A stretch of 64,000 nt of DNA from an uncultured Gemmatimonadales bacterium (lineage in GTDB: Bacteria > Gemmatimonadota > Gemmatimonadetes > Gemmatimonadales > Gemmatimonadaceae): positions 4,928,001 through 4,992,000 of the forward strand of contig OY969695.1 of the NCBI GenBank assembly GCA_963701965.1, given 5' to 3'. Numbering within the stretch: the first letter of the stretch is position 1; the number at the start of each line of letters is the position of its first letter. Below the pieces are notes generated by a model, which was given only the letters and a program-made list of their open reading frames with translations, searched no databases and had not been told where the DNA came from. A program made the position numbers and the translations under genes. This document shows positions 1-9,867 of this stretch, in pieces.

Positions 1-376
1 CCTCGGGGTGTTCGCCAGCATGGGTTTGCTGCTGAGCGCCGTCGGCATCTATGGCGTCGTCGCCTACGGCGTGCGGCAGCGCACGCGGGAGATGGGCATC
101 CGCATGGCGCTGGGCGCCAACACGCGGGCGATCTACCGTCTAGTCGTCGGTGAGGGCGTGGGGTATGCGGCGCTCGGCGTGATCGCCGGCGTGCCGGTCG
201 CGCTCGCGCTCACGCGCTTGATGCGCGGTCTCGTCTACGGCGTCTCGCCGACGGACCCGATCTCGTTCGCGCTCATTCCCACCGCGCTGGTGATCGTGGC
301 GACGGCTGCGAGCTGGATCCCGGCGCACCGCGCCGCGGCCATCGCACCCACGACCGCGCTAAATCACATCACATGA
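1..376 (+). CDS. ABC transporter permease (FtsX/ADOP-type), C-terminal fragment
   Basis: GIYGVVAYGVRQRTREMGIRMALGA and IPAHRAAAIAPTTAL are typical FtsX-like permease C-terminal motifs; runs off the left edge. Confidence 0.85.
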   Translation, partial: LGVFASMGLLLSAVGIYGVVAYGVRQRTREMGIRMALGANTRAIYRLVVGEGVGYAALGVIAGVPVALALTRLMRGLVYGVSPTDPISFALIPTALVIVATAASWIPAHRAAAIAPTTALNHIT

Positions 377-390
377 AGCGCGTAACTCTA

Positions 391-474
391 TACCCGGGAC
401 GAGACTCGAACTCGTAAGACCCAAAGGTCGGGGGATTTTGAGTCCCCTGCGTCTACCAATTCCGCCACCCGGGC
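391..474 (-). tRNA. tRNA-Leu (anticodon CAA), CCA not encoded
   Basis: Reverse complement GCCCGGGTGGCGGAATTGGTAGACGCAGGGGACT-CAA-AATCCCCCGACCTTTGGGTCTTACGAGTTCGAGTCTCGTCCCGGGTA: acceptor stem, D-loop TGGTA, long variable arm, T-loop GTTCGAG. Confidence 0.95.
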
Positions 475-714
475 AGGAGCAGAGGAGCAAAATATACGTG
501 GTTGGAGGAGCGGACGCAGTGGGCCTTCACCACCTGCGTCCCTTGGCCGATCTCGGTCGGTCGGCCCAGCGAAACCCGGGTGGCAACCCGGAGCGCGGCG
601 CGTGCGACAAAGAGATGCTGGGATACCACCGCGTGCCGCACTCGCCGGTGAAACCTCGATCGCCTGAATGTCGTTTAGGACGGTGGACCTCTATCTCAAA
701 CCACCCTGCGCACT

Positions 715-2217
715 GTGCGAACCATATCGTCCCACCTTATCTCTCTCTGTCTGCTCGCCGGTAACGCCGCGGCGCAGCTTCCCGCGTGGAACATCGATAC
801 ATTCCACGCCCCGCCCGACCGGCGTTGGGCGACGACGACGGTGCATGACGTGGACGCGGCGTACGTTCTGCTGCGGGACAATCATCCAGGCGCCGCGCGC
901 GAGCTCAACGATCTCGATTTTCAGCATCGGTTGACGCACGGACACGAGCTGGCACTCGAGCGTGCGCGGACCGTCACTTCCTATGAAGGGTACTCCGCCG
1001 TCCTCGCCGGCTTCGCGACCGCGATGGGTGACAAGCATATCTGGAGTCGTCCGACGTTCGTGGTCAACCTTCCGCGCTGGCCGCGGTTCATCGTCAGCAA
1101 GCGTGGTGACAGCTGGGTCGTGACCGACGCGGACCCGCCGCAGACATTGCTCGTTGGCGCGGTGTTGATCGGCTGCGACGGTCAGGACGTCGAAGCATTG
1201 GCACGCAACAATCTTGGCGGGTTTCGCGCGAACTGGGACATTGGGGCACAGCAAGCGCAATTCGCCCCATGGCTTCTCGTAGACGAAGGCAATCCCTTCA
1301 TCGTGCGTCCCACCGCGTGCGTGGTTGACACGAAAGGCCAACGCCAAACGATCACGCTCGAGTGGGTGCGGGTGAAACGCGAGCTGCTCTTGCCGCGGCT
1401 CAAGACTGCCGGCGGAGCGGGGAAGGCGGGCTACGGCGTGCGTCAGGTAGGAGCGGGCTATTGGATCGCCCTGCAGTCCTTGATGGGTACTCCAGCCATC
1501 GATGTAGTGAAAGCGGTCGACGCACAGAAGACGGCCTTGCGACAGGCGCCCTTCGTCGTGCTCGACGTGCGGGGCAACGGCGGCGGATCTTCACTGATGG
1601 AACGTGAGATCGCGGCGTCGCTCTTTGGTGCGCCTTACGTCGAAGGCCGCCTTGGGGCCGTGACGTCCCCCGCGTGCGGCGGGCCCGATGGGGCCTGGCG
1701 GGTCAGTCCGAGCAACATCGAACAGGTCGAATACTTTCTCCAATCCGCGGATGTGCGCCAGGGCGGGCCGGAGATCCGACAGGTCGTCGAAACGACGCTG
1801 CACGATTTGCGTGATGCCCAAGCGCACGGACGGGCGTTTTCGAGTGCCACGCACTGTGCCGGGGCGCCGCCCGCGCGGGTGGGGGCTCAACCGCCATCCG
1901 AGATGCACGGCCGTCTCCTGCTGCTGACGGACAACCTGTGTTTCAGCGCCTGCATCTCCCTGGCGGACGATTTCCGGCAGCTTGGTGCGTTTCACATCGG
2001 CCAGACCACGGATGCCGCCACGCGCTATGTGGACGTCCGCGAGCAGTACCTGCCGTCGGGTTATTCCCTGTTTTCTACGTTACAGTCCGTCGATCCCACT
2101 TCGCCCGCGCAGGTAGGCAACTTCAAACCGTCGGTAGCGTACAACGGCGACATCGATGATACGCCGACGCTGGAGAAGTGGGTCGTCGATAGCGCCGTTC
2201 GAGCGGCGAGTCGATAG
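715..2217 (+). CDS. Secreted S41-family peptidase
   Basis: Signal peptide; LDVRGNGGGS and LLTDNLCFSAC...HIGQTT motifs of S41 catalytic domains. Confidence 0.8.
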   Translation: MRTISSHLISLCLLAGNAAAQLPAWNIDTFHAPPDRRWATTTVHDVDAAYVLLRDNHPGAARELNDLDFQHRLTHGHELALERARTVTSYEGYSAVLAGFATAMGDKHIWSRPTFVVNLPRWPRFIVSKRGDSWVVTDADPPQTLLVGAVLIGCDGQDVEALARNNLGGFRANWDIGAQQAQFAPWLLVDEGNPFIVRPTACVVDTKGQRQTITLEWVRVKRELLLPRLKTAGGAGKAGYGVRQVGAGYWIALQSLMGTPAIDVVKAVDAQKTALRQAPFVVLDVRGNGGGSSLMEREIAASLFGAPYVEGRLGAVTSPACGGPDGAWRVSPSNIEQVEYFLQSADVRQGGPEIRQVVETTLHDLRDAQAHGRAFSSATHCAGAPPARVGAQPPSEMHGRLLLLTDNLCFSACISLADDFRQLGAFHIGQTTDAATRYVDVREQYLPSGYSLFSTLQSVDPTSPAQVGNFKPSVAYNGDIDDTPTLEKWVVDSAVRAASR

Positions 2218-2229
2218 CGCGGGTGGTTA

Positions 2230-2985
2230 TCAGTGCGACGCGCGCGGGAAGCGCGAGATCACCTTCCCGTGCTCGTCCAGGAAATCGAGCGATGCGTTGC
2301 CTGCCGAGTCGACGGCCATCCGGATGCGCGGCTTGCCGTTGCGGTCCATGAGCTGAACGGCCGCGTCGTCTTTCTTCGTCCGCCCGACGAAGACCCGGCG
2401 CGTCAGGTGTCCGAGCTCGGTGGCGTGCTGCTGGGCCATCGCTTTGAGCGCCGCCGTCTTGTCCGGCCCATCCTTCATTGACGCCGCGCTCACGTACTGA
2501 TGCGCGAATTCGGCGGTGAGCGGCGCGTTCGGCGAGTCCCAGACCTCCAGGGCCGACTCCTTTTCGTCGCCCTTCTGGTAGTGGCTCATGCCGATCGCTT
2601 CGTTTTGCCGGTAGTTGTCGAACCGGATCGTTGCGTCCGCGATATGTGAGCCGTCGGTGGACTTGCCTTGGTAGGTGAGGCCCCCGTCCTCATCGCCTTC
2701 ATCGTTGAAGAAGATCATGCCGGCGCCGTCCCGCTTGCCGTCACGGAATTTGAGCTCGACGCCGGCGACCGTGCCGCCCGGCATCCGATCGGTGTTGGAG
2801 ATCGCCAGCCGCAAATTCCCGTTCTTCTCCCGGATGTTGATTCGCTCGGCGTCGATCTCCGTGAACTTGGCGGGTGCCGGGGCCGGGCTCTTGGTGGCGA
2901 CGAATATCAACGCGCCGAATGCCAGGGTCGAGCAGCACGCGTAGGCCTTCAAGAGACGGATCTCGCGCTCGATCTTGCCATTCAT
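2230..2985 (-). CDS. Hypothetical protein with N-terminal membrane anchor
   Basis: ATG start with upstream GAG-rich RBS-like sequence, N-terminal hydrophobic segment, ordinary amino-acid composition; convergent with the S41 gene. Confidence 0.7.
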   Translation of the reverse strand: MNGKIEREIRLLKAYACCSTLAFGALIFVATKSPAPAPAKFTEIDAERINIREKNGNLRLAISNTDRMPGGTVAGVELKFRDGKRDGAGMIFFNDEGDEDGGLTYQGKSTDGSHIADATIRFDNYRQNEAIGMSHYQKGDEKESALEVWDSPNAPLTAEFAHQYVSAASMKDGPDKTAALKAMAQQHATELGHLTRRVFVGRTKKDDAAVQLMDRNGKPRIRMAVDSAGNASLDFLDEHGKVISRFPRASH

Positions 2986-3193
2986 AGTCGACTCTCTCGT
3001 GAGGGGTCCGGATTCCCAATTGTCCGGACATAATACTCAACTGGCCGCCGTGGCGCAGGGGGAGGACGGTCGGAACATCCGATTCCGGCTTTTAACACAA
3101 CGCAAACACCGCTCGGCGGGCGGACCACCGATATTCGTCGCCGCCCGCGCGTGACCGCCGCATACGTCCGATTTCCGCCGAATTCGTTACTAG

Positions 3194-3224
3194 CGTAGGG
3201 GCGCGGCCGTGCTCGCCGGTATGT
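3194..3224 (+). promoter_or_regulatory. Putative ECF sigma promoter (autoregulatory)
   Basis: CGTAGGGG-N12-CGCCGGTATGT, repeated with the same spacing at 3829-3859. Confidence 0.6.
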
Positions 3225-3255
3225 GACGTACGGCTCGTCTACCCCTGCTTCGCGA

Positions 3256-3822
3256 ATGACTCACGCCTGTGTAGCGGATCTGGACGTCGAACTCATCGCG
3301 CGCATCCGCGCCGGCGAAGAGGACGCCTTCGGGCAGCTCTTTCGCCGCTACTATAGACAGCTGTGTGCCTATGCGGCGCGCATCGATAGCGCCGGCGGAG
3401 CGGCCGAAGAGATCGTGCAGGAAGTGTTCTTCCGGATCTGGATGCACCGCGAGCGCCTGCAGCTCGTGGAGACCCTCGCCGGCTATCTCTACGCGATCAC
3501 CCGCAACGTCGCGCTCAATCGCGTGGCCCGGGCACGCACCGAGGGACGGTGGCGGGCCGGCGTCGAGCTCGACGTGCTCGATGTGCCCGTCGCATCGGCG
3601 GACGCCGATACCGCGATGCGTGAGACAGAGATGGCGATCGCCATCGACCGCGCCATCGGGCAGCTGTCGCCGCGGTGCCGGGAAGCGTTTCTGCTCCGGC
3701 GGCAGGGACACCTGAGCTACGCCGAGATCGCCCGACGGATGCAGACGACTCCGAAGACCGTGGAGAACCAGATCGCCAAAGCGCTGAGGCATTTGCGCAC
3801 GGCACTGGCCGACTGGCTCTAG
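3256..3822 (+). CDS. ECF sigma-70 factor (FecI-like), locus copy 1
   Basis: AEEIVQEVFFRIW region 2 and LSYAEIARRMQTTPKTVENQIAKAL region 4; start may be 3223 or 3256. Confidence 0.9.
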   Translation: MTHACVADLDVELIARIRAGEEDAFGQLFRRYYRQLCAYAARIDSAGGAAEEIVQEVFFRIWMHRERLQLVETLAGYLYAITRNVALNRVARARTEGRWRAGVELDVLDVPVASADADTAMRETEMAIAIDRAIGQLSPRCREAFLLRRQGHLSYAEIARRMQTTPKTVENQIAKALRHLRTALADWL

Positions 3823-3828
3823 CGCTGT

Positions 3829-3859
3829 CGTAGGGGTGTCGCACTCCGCGCCGGTATGT
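3829..3859 (+). promoter_or_regulatory. Putative ECF sigma promoter upstream of fecR-like gene
   Basis: Second copy of CGTAGGGG-N12-CGCCGGTATGT between the sigma stop and the FecR start. Confidence 0.6.
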
Positions 3860-3864
3860 ACGGC

Positions 3865-4938
3865 ATGGACTCGTCACCACCGTCGCGTTTCCGGCTCCTG
3901 ACGTCCGACCCTGATTGGGTGCTCGTCGAACGGTATTTCAGCGGCGAGAGCACGCCAGAGGAACGGCAGGCGATCGACGCCTGGGCCATGGCCGATCCCT
4001 CGCACGCGCGGCTCCTGGCGGGCATGCGGACCGTGTGGCGGGAGGCCGCCACGCCGTTGCCGGTCGTCGACGAAGCCGAGGCGTGGCGCGCGCTGCAGGA
4101 GCGATTGCGAGCGGCACCACTGCCGACGAAGCGCACGCGCATCCTTCCGGAGCATCCAGGGAGATCCTGGCGGGCAATGGCGGTCGCTGCCGGCCTCATC
4201 GCCGTGGGTATCGCGCTCACGGCCACTTGGCGGCGAGTGGAAACCGTGCGGTTGGCCGCTGCGCCACCGCGCATCTACGAGACGGCGCGTGGCGAGCGAT
4301 CGCAGGTGACGCTGGTCGATGGCACGCACGTGTGGCTCAACGTCGACAGTCGATTGGTCGTACCGGCGGCCTATGGGACGACGCGAGACGTGGCACTCAT
4401 CGGCGAGGCGTACTTCGTCGTACAGCACGACGCGCGCCGGCCGTTTCGTGTGCATGCGGGCACGGGGGTGATGGACGATCTCGGGACGGAGTTCGCCGTC
4501 CGCGCCTATCCGTCCGATACCAACACGGTCGTCATAGTCGCCGGGGGACGCGTCGGCATCCGACCCGCGGAGATCACGGCCAATCTCAGTGCCGCGCAAC
4601 TCGGCCGCGGGCAGATGGCGACGCTGGATCGGAGCGGGGCGGTCCAGGTGGTCGACCACGCGGATCTGGACACGTGGCTGGCATGGGTCGGCGGTCACCT
4701 CGCGTTCTCCGAGCGGCCCCTACGGGACGTACTGGGGGAGCTCGAACGGTGGTACGACATTCAATTCGCGGTCGACGACAGCACGCTTCTGACCGTCCCC
4801 ATCACGGCGGCGTTCACCTCGCAATCCGCGGACAATGCCATGGCGATCCTCGCCGGGACGCTCGGCGTGCCGTTCACGCGAGACGGGCGATACGTCCACA
4901 TCCACCACGCAGCCCAGCGCGGCGCGCTCAAGCCGTGA
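3865..4938 (+). CDS. FecR-family anti-sigma/transmembrane sensor, copy 1
   Basis: TM helix, then TARGERSQVTLVDGTHVWLN, GEAYFVVQHDARRPFRV, DLGTEFAV; start 3856 or 3865 (3856 lies inside the putative -10 box). Confidence 0.9.
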   Translation: MDSSPPSRFRLLTSDPDWVLVERYFSGESTPEERQAIDAWAMADPSHARLLAGMRTVWREAATPLPVVDEAEAWRALQERLRAAPLPTKRTRILPEHPGRSWRAMAVAAGLIAVGIALTATWRRVETVRLAAAPPRIYETARGERSQVTLVDGTHVWLNVDSRLVVPAAYGTTRDVALIGEAYFVVQHDARRPFRVHAGTGVMDDLGTEFAVRAYPSDTNTVVIVAGGRVGIRPAEITANLSAAQLGRGQMATLDRSGAVQVVDHADLDTWLAWVGGHLAFSERPLRDVLGELERWYDIQFAVDDSTLLTVPITAAFTSQSADNAMAILAGTLGVPFTRDGRYVHIHHAAQRGALKP

Positions 4939-7900
4939 CGCCATTCGTGTGGGTGGTCGCGGGTATGGTGACTGGGATCGGACCAGTCTATGGGCAGGTG
5001 GTGTCGCCGGACAGCGCCCCCAGTGCCCAGACGGCGCCCGCTCCGGCGCGCGCCCGCGCGCACACGCCGCCGCTGGAACGGCGGGTGACGCTCGATCTGC
5101 AGAACGTCACGCTGCGCGAGGCGCTGCACGAGATCGACCGGCAGGCGAAGCTGGGCCTGGCGTTCACGCCGCTCATCGTGCCGGTCGACCGGCGCATCTC
5201 GATTCAGGCCGACAGCGTGACAGTGGCCAACGCTCTGGAGCGCGTGCTGCAGGGAACCAATGTGCGCGCGGTGGTCACGACCAGCGAGACGGTCATGTTG
5301 GTCAAGGACCGGGATCTGCGGTCTTCGGCGACCGATACTGGTGGGTATGCCATGGTGCTGGCGCGCGTCACCGATGACACGACGTCGAGGCCGCTCGTTG
5401 GAGTAGTCGTCGCGGTCAAAGGCACGAGCAACCAGGAGACCACGACCGACAAAGGCTATACACTCTTGCGGCGCGTGCCATCCGGGCTGCAAGTCATCAC
5501 CGCACGTTTCCTCGGCTACACGCCCGAGGAACGCCGCGTCGTGGTGCCCGACACCGGGTATGTGAACGTCTCGTTTCAGCTCAAGATGGGCGCGGCTCAC
5601 CTCCAAGAGGTTGTCACGACGGCGACTGGCCCGCGACGTCGTTACGAGTTGGCCAACGACATCACGATCCTCGATGCGGACTCGATCGTTCGCAACGAAC
5701 CGATTTCGAGCGTCACACAGTTGCTCGACGGTCGCGTGCCCGGGCTGACCGTGCAGCATACATCGGGTGCGCCAGGCGATCCGAGTCGCCTCCGACTCCG
5801 CGGGGTCAGTAGTGCGCTCGAATCGAACGACCCAATCGTCATTGTCGACAACGTGCGGGTCTATGCCGCACAGTCCGACTCGTTGAGCGGGAATCTCGCA
5901 ACGCTCCACGATCAAAGAGGCGCGAGCCTCACTATTCCCGGCAGCGGTGCCGGCAATTTAGGGAGCGTGGTCGGAGCGACGTCCGGCGCCCCGTCACCGC
6001 TGGATCAGATCGACCCCGGGAGTATCGAAACGATCGAGGTGTTGAAGGGGCCATCCGCCGCCACCCTGTACGGGCCCGATGCCGCGAATGGCGTGATCGT
6101 CATTACGACCAAGAAGGGTCACGCGGGTCCGGCGCGTTGGACGGCCGACGCGTCGCGCGGGATGTCGTCGATCCCCGGGCAATATCCACTGGGGTACTAT
6201 CGATTTGGCGTCGGTACGCAAAGCGACAACGTAAAGCTCTGCCCGTTGAGCAGTTCCCAGTGCACGGCCGACAGCCTCGTGCGCTTTCAAGCGCTCAATC
6301 ACTCTCAGTACTCCATTCTCCGTGATGGGGTGACCAACACGGGGAACATTGGCGTCTCGGGCGGCAGCGAGGTGCTGACGTACGCCGTCAACGGGGGCAT
6401 TGACGACGAACAGGGTGTGGTCGGTATGCCACCGGCCGAGATGGCCCTCTATCGGTCGACGCACGCTGGCAATGATCCACTCGGTTGGATGGTTCATCCG
6501 GAACAGCTGTCGCGATGGAGTGCGACGTCGCGCCTGGCCGCACGGCTCAGCGATCGTGCTGATGTGTCGATATCGGTAATGTTGACGCACGAAAACCAGC
6601 AGCGATCGGATCTCGAGCGAGAGCTGGGCGCGCTCATGACGACGTACGTCGATACCAGAAATAACCGGTACTGGTCGGCCTCTGGTCAGGGGTTGAGTCC
6701 GGTGGCCGACCCCCTACCCGATCTGTCGCAGCGGGTGACGGACGATGCCACCAATTTCACGAACTCTGCCAGTTTCAATTGGCGACCGTTGAACTGGCTC
6801 ACTACGAGCGCCAGCGTGGGCCTCAACGTCATTAGTCGACAGGACGACGCGCTCGTTCCGCAGGGTGTGCAGGCCATTAGTTCGGACCCCGCACTGGGGT
6901 CCATCAATGCCGATAGCGCCGGCACCCTCACCACCGCGCACGGATCGACGACGCAGTCCACCGTCAACATGCAGGTCGAGGCCAACGTACCGCTGTTCGG
7001 CGGCCTCCGCATGCAACTCGCCACGGGAGCGAACTACAGCGCGTCGGCGGTCTCGACGATCACGACATCGGCGGTCGGCCTCCTGCCCGGCAGTAACTCC
7101 CTTGTGGGCGCCCAGACGATCGCGCTCGCTACGCAAGCATCGAACAACCAAACCAGTTACGGCTGGTACCTCGCGCCAGACTTCACGTACCGGCATTTCG
7201 TGATCAACACCGGTCTGCGTCTCGATCAAAGCACGTCGTTCGGCAAGAACGCCCATCAGCCGCTCTTCCCGAAGCTCGGTGTGTCGTGGCTCGTGTCCGA
7301 AGAGAAATTCTTTCCGTTCAAGAAGATCTTCGACGCGTTCCGCGCGCGCGCGACCTATGGGCAGGCTGGCGTCTGGCCGTCGCCACAGCAGCAGCTGCGC
7401 CTCTATCAAACGACCAATCCGTTCCTCGACGGCGGCTTCCAGCCGGCGATCCAGCTCGCGACCCTCGGTAACAGTCAACTGCGGCCGGAGCGGTCGGAGG
7501 AGTTCGAGGGTGGTGTCGACGCGGATCTATTGCACGACTGGGTGTCGATCGGATTCAGCGGATATCGGAAGATGCGCTACGATGCGATCATGAACGTGCC
7601 GATCGCGCCGTCCGTCTATGCCGGCCAGTCGATCGCCGAGAACATTGGGGAGATCCGCAATACGGGCGTCGAAGCGAGTCTGATCACGCAACTTCTTCGC
7701 ACCGACCCGGTCTCGTGGAATGTGGCGGTCAATCTCAGCCGCAACTACAACGTCGTCGTGCGCCTTGGTCCGGGTGTTCAGCCGTTCGGGACGGACGACG
7801 CGCGCGTCCAGGCCGGGTATCCCGTATTCAGTCGGTGGGCGCGGCCGATTCTGGCGTACACGGATGCGAACCATGATGGCATCATCGAGCCGGACGAGGT

Positions 7901-8408
7901 GCTGGTGGGTGACTCGCTGGTCTACATGGGAGCGAGCGATCCGAATTACACCATCGGTATGCACAGTCAGCTGTCCCTGCTTCGAGGCGCGGTGTCGGTG
8001 TCGGCCGACTTCGAGTACCAGGCGGGGCTGACGCAAGTCAACGGTCCGCTGGGGTCCGCCGGACAGTTGGTCTTCTCACCCGGTAGTAGTGACCCGCACG
8101 CACCGTTCTCCGAACAGGCGGCCGCCGCCGTCTTGAACGAGACGGATTATGGAGTCATTCAGCGTGTCAACGCGCTGCGCTTCCAAAGCCTTTCTATCGC
8201 CTACCACCTACCGAGGAAGTTCGCGCACTGGCTCACGCGAGCGGCGGACGTCTCGTTAGCACTCCAAGGGACAAATCTCGGACTGTTCACGAACTACAAA
8301 GGGAAGGACCCGGACGTGAACACGTACTCGACGGGCAATCAACTCATCGATGGCGGTGTCGTGCCGCAACCGCGCGTCTGGATCGTCAGAGTCAATGCCG
8401 CGTACTGA
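4935..8408 (+). CDS. SusC/RagA-family TonB-dependent transporter with N-terminal signalling domain, copy 1
   Basis: GTG overlapping the FecR stop; STN-like and carboxypeptidase-regulatory-like domains; IETIEVLKGPSAATLYGPDAANGVIVITTKKG plug signature; GNSQLRPERSEEFEGG; aromatic C-terminus. Confidence 0.9.
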   Translation: MTPFVWVVAGMVTGIGPVYGQVVSPDSAPSAQTAPAPARARAHTPPLERRVTLDLQNVTLREALHEIDRQAKLGLAFTPLIVPVDRRISIQADSVTVANALERVLQGTNVRAVVTTSETVMLVKDRDLRSSATDTGGYAMVLARVTDDTTSRPLVGVVVAVKGTSNQETTTDKGYTLLRRVPSGLQVITARFLGYTPEERRVVVPDTGYVNVSFQLKMGAAHLQEVVTTATGPRRRYELANDITILDADSIVRNEPISSVTQLLDGRVPGLTVQHTSGAPGDPSRLRLRGVSSALESNDPIVIVDNVRVYAAQSDSLSGNLATLHDQRGASLTIPGSGAGNLGSVVGATSGAPSPLDQIDPGSIETIEVLKGPSAATLYGPDAANGVIVITTKKGHAGPARWTADASRGMSSIPGQYPLGYYRFGVGTQSDNVKLCPLSSSQCTADSLVRFQALNHSQYSILRDGVTNTGNIGVSGGSEVLTYAVNGGIDDEQGVVGMPPAEMALYRSTHAGNDPLGWMVHPEQLSRWSATSRLAARLSDRADVSISVMLTHENQQRSDLERELGALMTTYVDTRNNRYWSASGQGLSPVADPLPDLSQRVTDDATNFTNSASFNWRPLNWLTTSASVGLNVISRQDDALVPQGVQAISSDPALGSINADSAGTLTTAHGSTTQSTVNMQVEANVPLFGGLRMQLATGANYSASAVSTITTSAVGLLPGSNSLVGAQTIALATQASNNQTSYGWYLAPDFTYRHFVINTGLRLDQSTSFGKNAHQPLFPKLGVSWLVSEEKFFPFKKIFDAFRARATYGQAGVWPSPQQQLRLYQTTNPFLDGGFQPAIQLATLGNSQLRPERSEEFEGGVDADLLHDWVSIGFSGYRKMRYDAIMNVPIAPSVYAGQSIAENIGEIRNTGVEASLITQLLRTDPVSWNVAVNLSRNYNVVVRLGPGVQPFGTDDARVQAGYPVFSRWARPILAYTDANHDGIIEPDEVLVGDSLVYMGASDPNYTIGMHSQLSLLRGAVSVSADFEYQAGLTQVNGPLGSAGQLVFSPGSSDPHAPFSEQAAAAVLNETDYGVIQRVNALRFQSLSIAYHLPRKFAHWLTRAADVSLALQGTNLGLFTNYKGKDPDVNTYSTGNQLIDGGVVPQPRVWIVRVNAAY

Positions 8409-9867
8409 GCTTGGTCTCATGGTGAGGATCGTCTGCGGCTTGCTGTTCGCAGGGCTGTCGGCATGCCAGGTTGCCTCCGATCCTCTCCCGGCGGGTGTCC
8501 CCGATCCCAACACGACGCACACCCCGTCGGGCGCCCAACAGGTCTACGAAGGCGCCCTGGCGACGTTGCGCACTGCCTTTGCCGGGCCGGACGATGCCTT
8601 CGTGCCGATCACCGCGTTGTTCACGGATGAGCTCCAAACTGGGGACGTCGGCGAGTTCTCGTTGATCACGCCGGGAACGTTGGTCGATAGCCGAACGCTG
8701 GCGGAGTACACCGGCACGGCCTCGGACAATGTCACGCCCGCCACCATTAGTGATCTCTATGGGTACCTGCAGAATACGCGTGCCGAGGCCCGACAAGCCC
8801 GGGGATACCTGCAGGCCTATGCGCCACAAGCGCCCAAGGCGCTGACCGGGCACATGTACGCGATCGAGGGCTATGCCGACCTGTTCCTCGCCGATCTGTT
8901 CTGCTCGGGCATCCCGCTTAGCACGGTCGATTTCGGGAAAGACTTCACGTACCAGCCCGGGTCGTCGACACAAGACGTGTATGAGCGAGCGATCACGTAC
9001 TTCGACTCCGCGCTGACGCTCGCTGTCGACAGCAACCGTATCCTCAATCTCGCGCGGATGGGGAAGGGGCGTGCGCTCCTGGCACTCGGTCAGTACGCCG
9101 AGGCCGCCGCCGCGGTGGCCCAGGTGCCCGACGGCTATCAATACGCGCTCCAGTTCAACGGAACGCCGACGCAGACAGCGGGCGGCGTGGTCGTGTCCAA
9201 CCAGAATTTCATGGTCCCGACCTTCGGTGCGCCCGGTGTTTATGGCCCCGGCGATGGAGGACTCACGATGGTCGATCGAGAGGGCGAGAACGGCCTCCCA
9301 TTTCTTTCGAGCGGTGATCCGCGCTCCGCAGGGACGGCGAATGGGCCGAACCAGTATGGGCTCCCAATGATCCGGCCGCTCACGTACGACATCGTCGGAG
9401 ACACCCCCGTCATCATGGCCAGCGGGATCGAGGCGCGTCTCATCGGCGCCGAAGCCGCGCTCCAAGCGGGCGGCGGCGGTTGGCTCACGACGTTGAACAC
9501 CCTGCGGACCGACGGCACGTTCACGACGCAACCGAATGGCACCGATCCGACTAAAACCGACACGGTGTGGAATGCCGGCGCCGGCGGCGTGACGGGACTG
9601 GCTCCGCTTCGTGACCCGGGCACCGCCGCAGCCCGCGTGACGATGCTGTTCACGGAACGGGCCTACTGGCTGTTTCTCACCGGACATCGGGAGGGCGACC
9701 TGCGTCGTCTCATCCGTCAATACGGTCTCTCGGAGACCCAGGTGTATCCGGTCGGGCCGTACACGGGAGCCTTCAATGCTTATGGCACCGCCGTGACCGC
9801 GCCCATTCCCGGCGCCGAGCGACTCAGCAATCCGCTGTTCAAGGGCTGCCGCAGCCGAGGAGCGTGA
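8395..9867 (+). CDS. SusD/RagB-like outer-membrane lipoprotein, copy 1
   Basis: Lipobox LSAC; ERAYWLFLTGHREGDLRRLIRQY SusD C-terminal motif; follows SusC; start 8395 or 8419. Confidence 0.85.
   Translation: MPRTELGLMVRIVCGLLFAGLSACQVASDPLPAGVPDPNTTHTPSGAQQVYEGALATLRTAFAGPDDAFVPITALFTDELQTGDVGEFSLITPGTLVDSRTLAEYTGTASDNVTPATISDLYGYLQNTRAEARQARGYLQAYAPQAPKALTGHMYAIEGYADLFLADLFCSGIPLSTVDFGKDFTYQPGSSTQDVYERAITYFDSALTLAVDSNRILNLARMGKGRALLALGQYAEAAAAVAQVPDGYQYALQFNGTPTQTAGGVVVSNQNFMVPTFGAPGVYGPGDGGLTMVDREGENGLPFLSSGDPRSAGTANGPNQYGLPMIRPLTYDIVGDTPVIMASGIEARLIGAEAALQAGGGGWLTTLNTLRTDGTFTTQPNGTDPTKTDTVWNAGAGGVTGLAPLRDPGTAAARVTMLFTERAYWLFLTGHREGDLRRLIRQYGLSETQVYPVGPYTGAFNAYGTAVTAPIPGAERLSNPLFKGCRSRGA

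Noticed and set aside
391..474. tRNA-Leu as integration site for the duplicated region
   Set aside because: No integrase or transposase seen, no repeat of the tRNA 3' end noticed, and the tRNA 3' end faces away from the locus.
438..764. Small ORFs 438..764 (+) and 453..641 (-)
   Set aside because: Both overlap the tRNA, and neither has a recognisable motif or RBS.
3915..4934. N-terminal extension making SusC 1497 aa
   Set aside because: It is an alternate-frame read through FecR; the signal peptide begins at GTG 4935 and copy 2 is 1150 aa.
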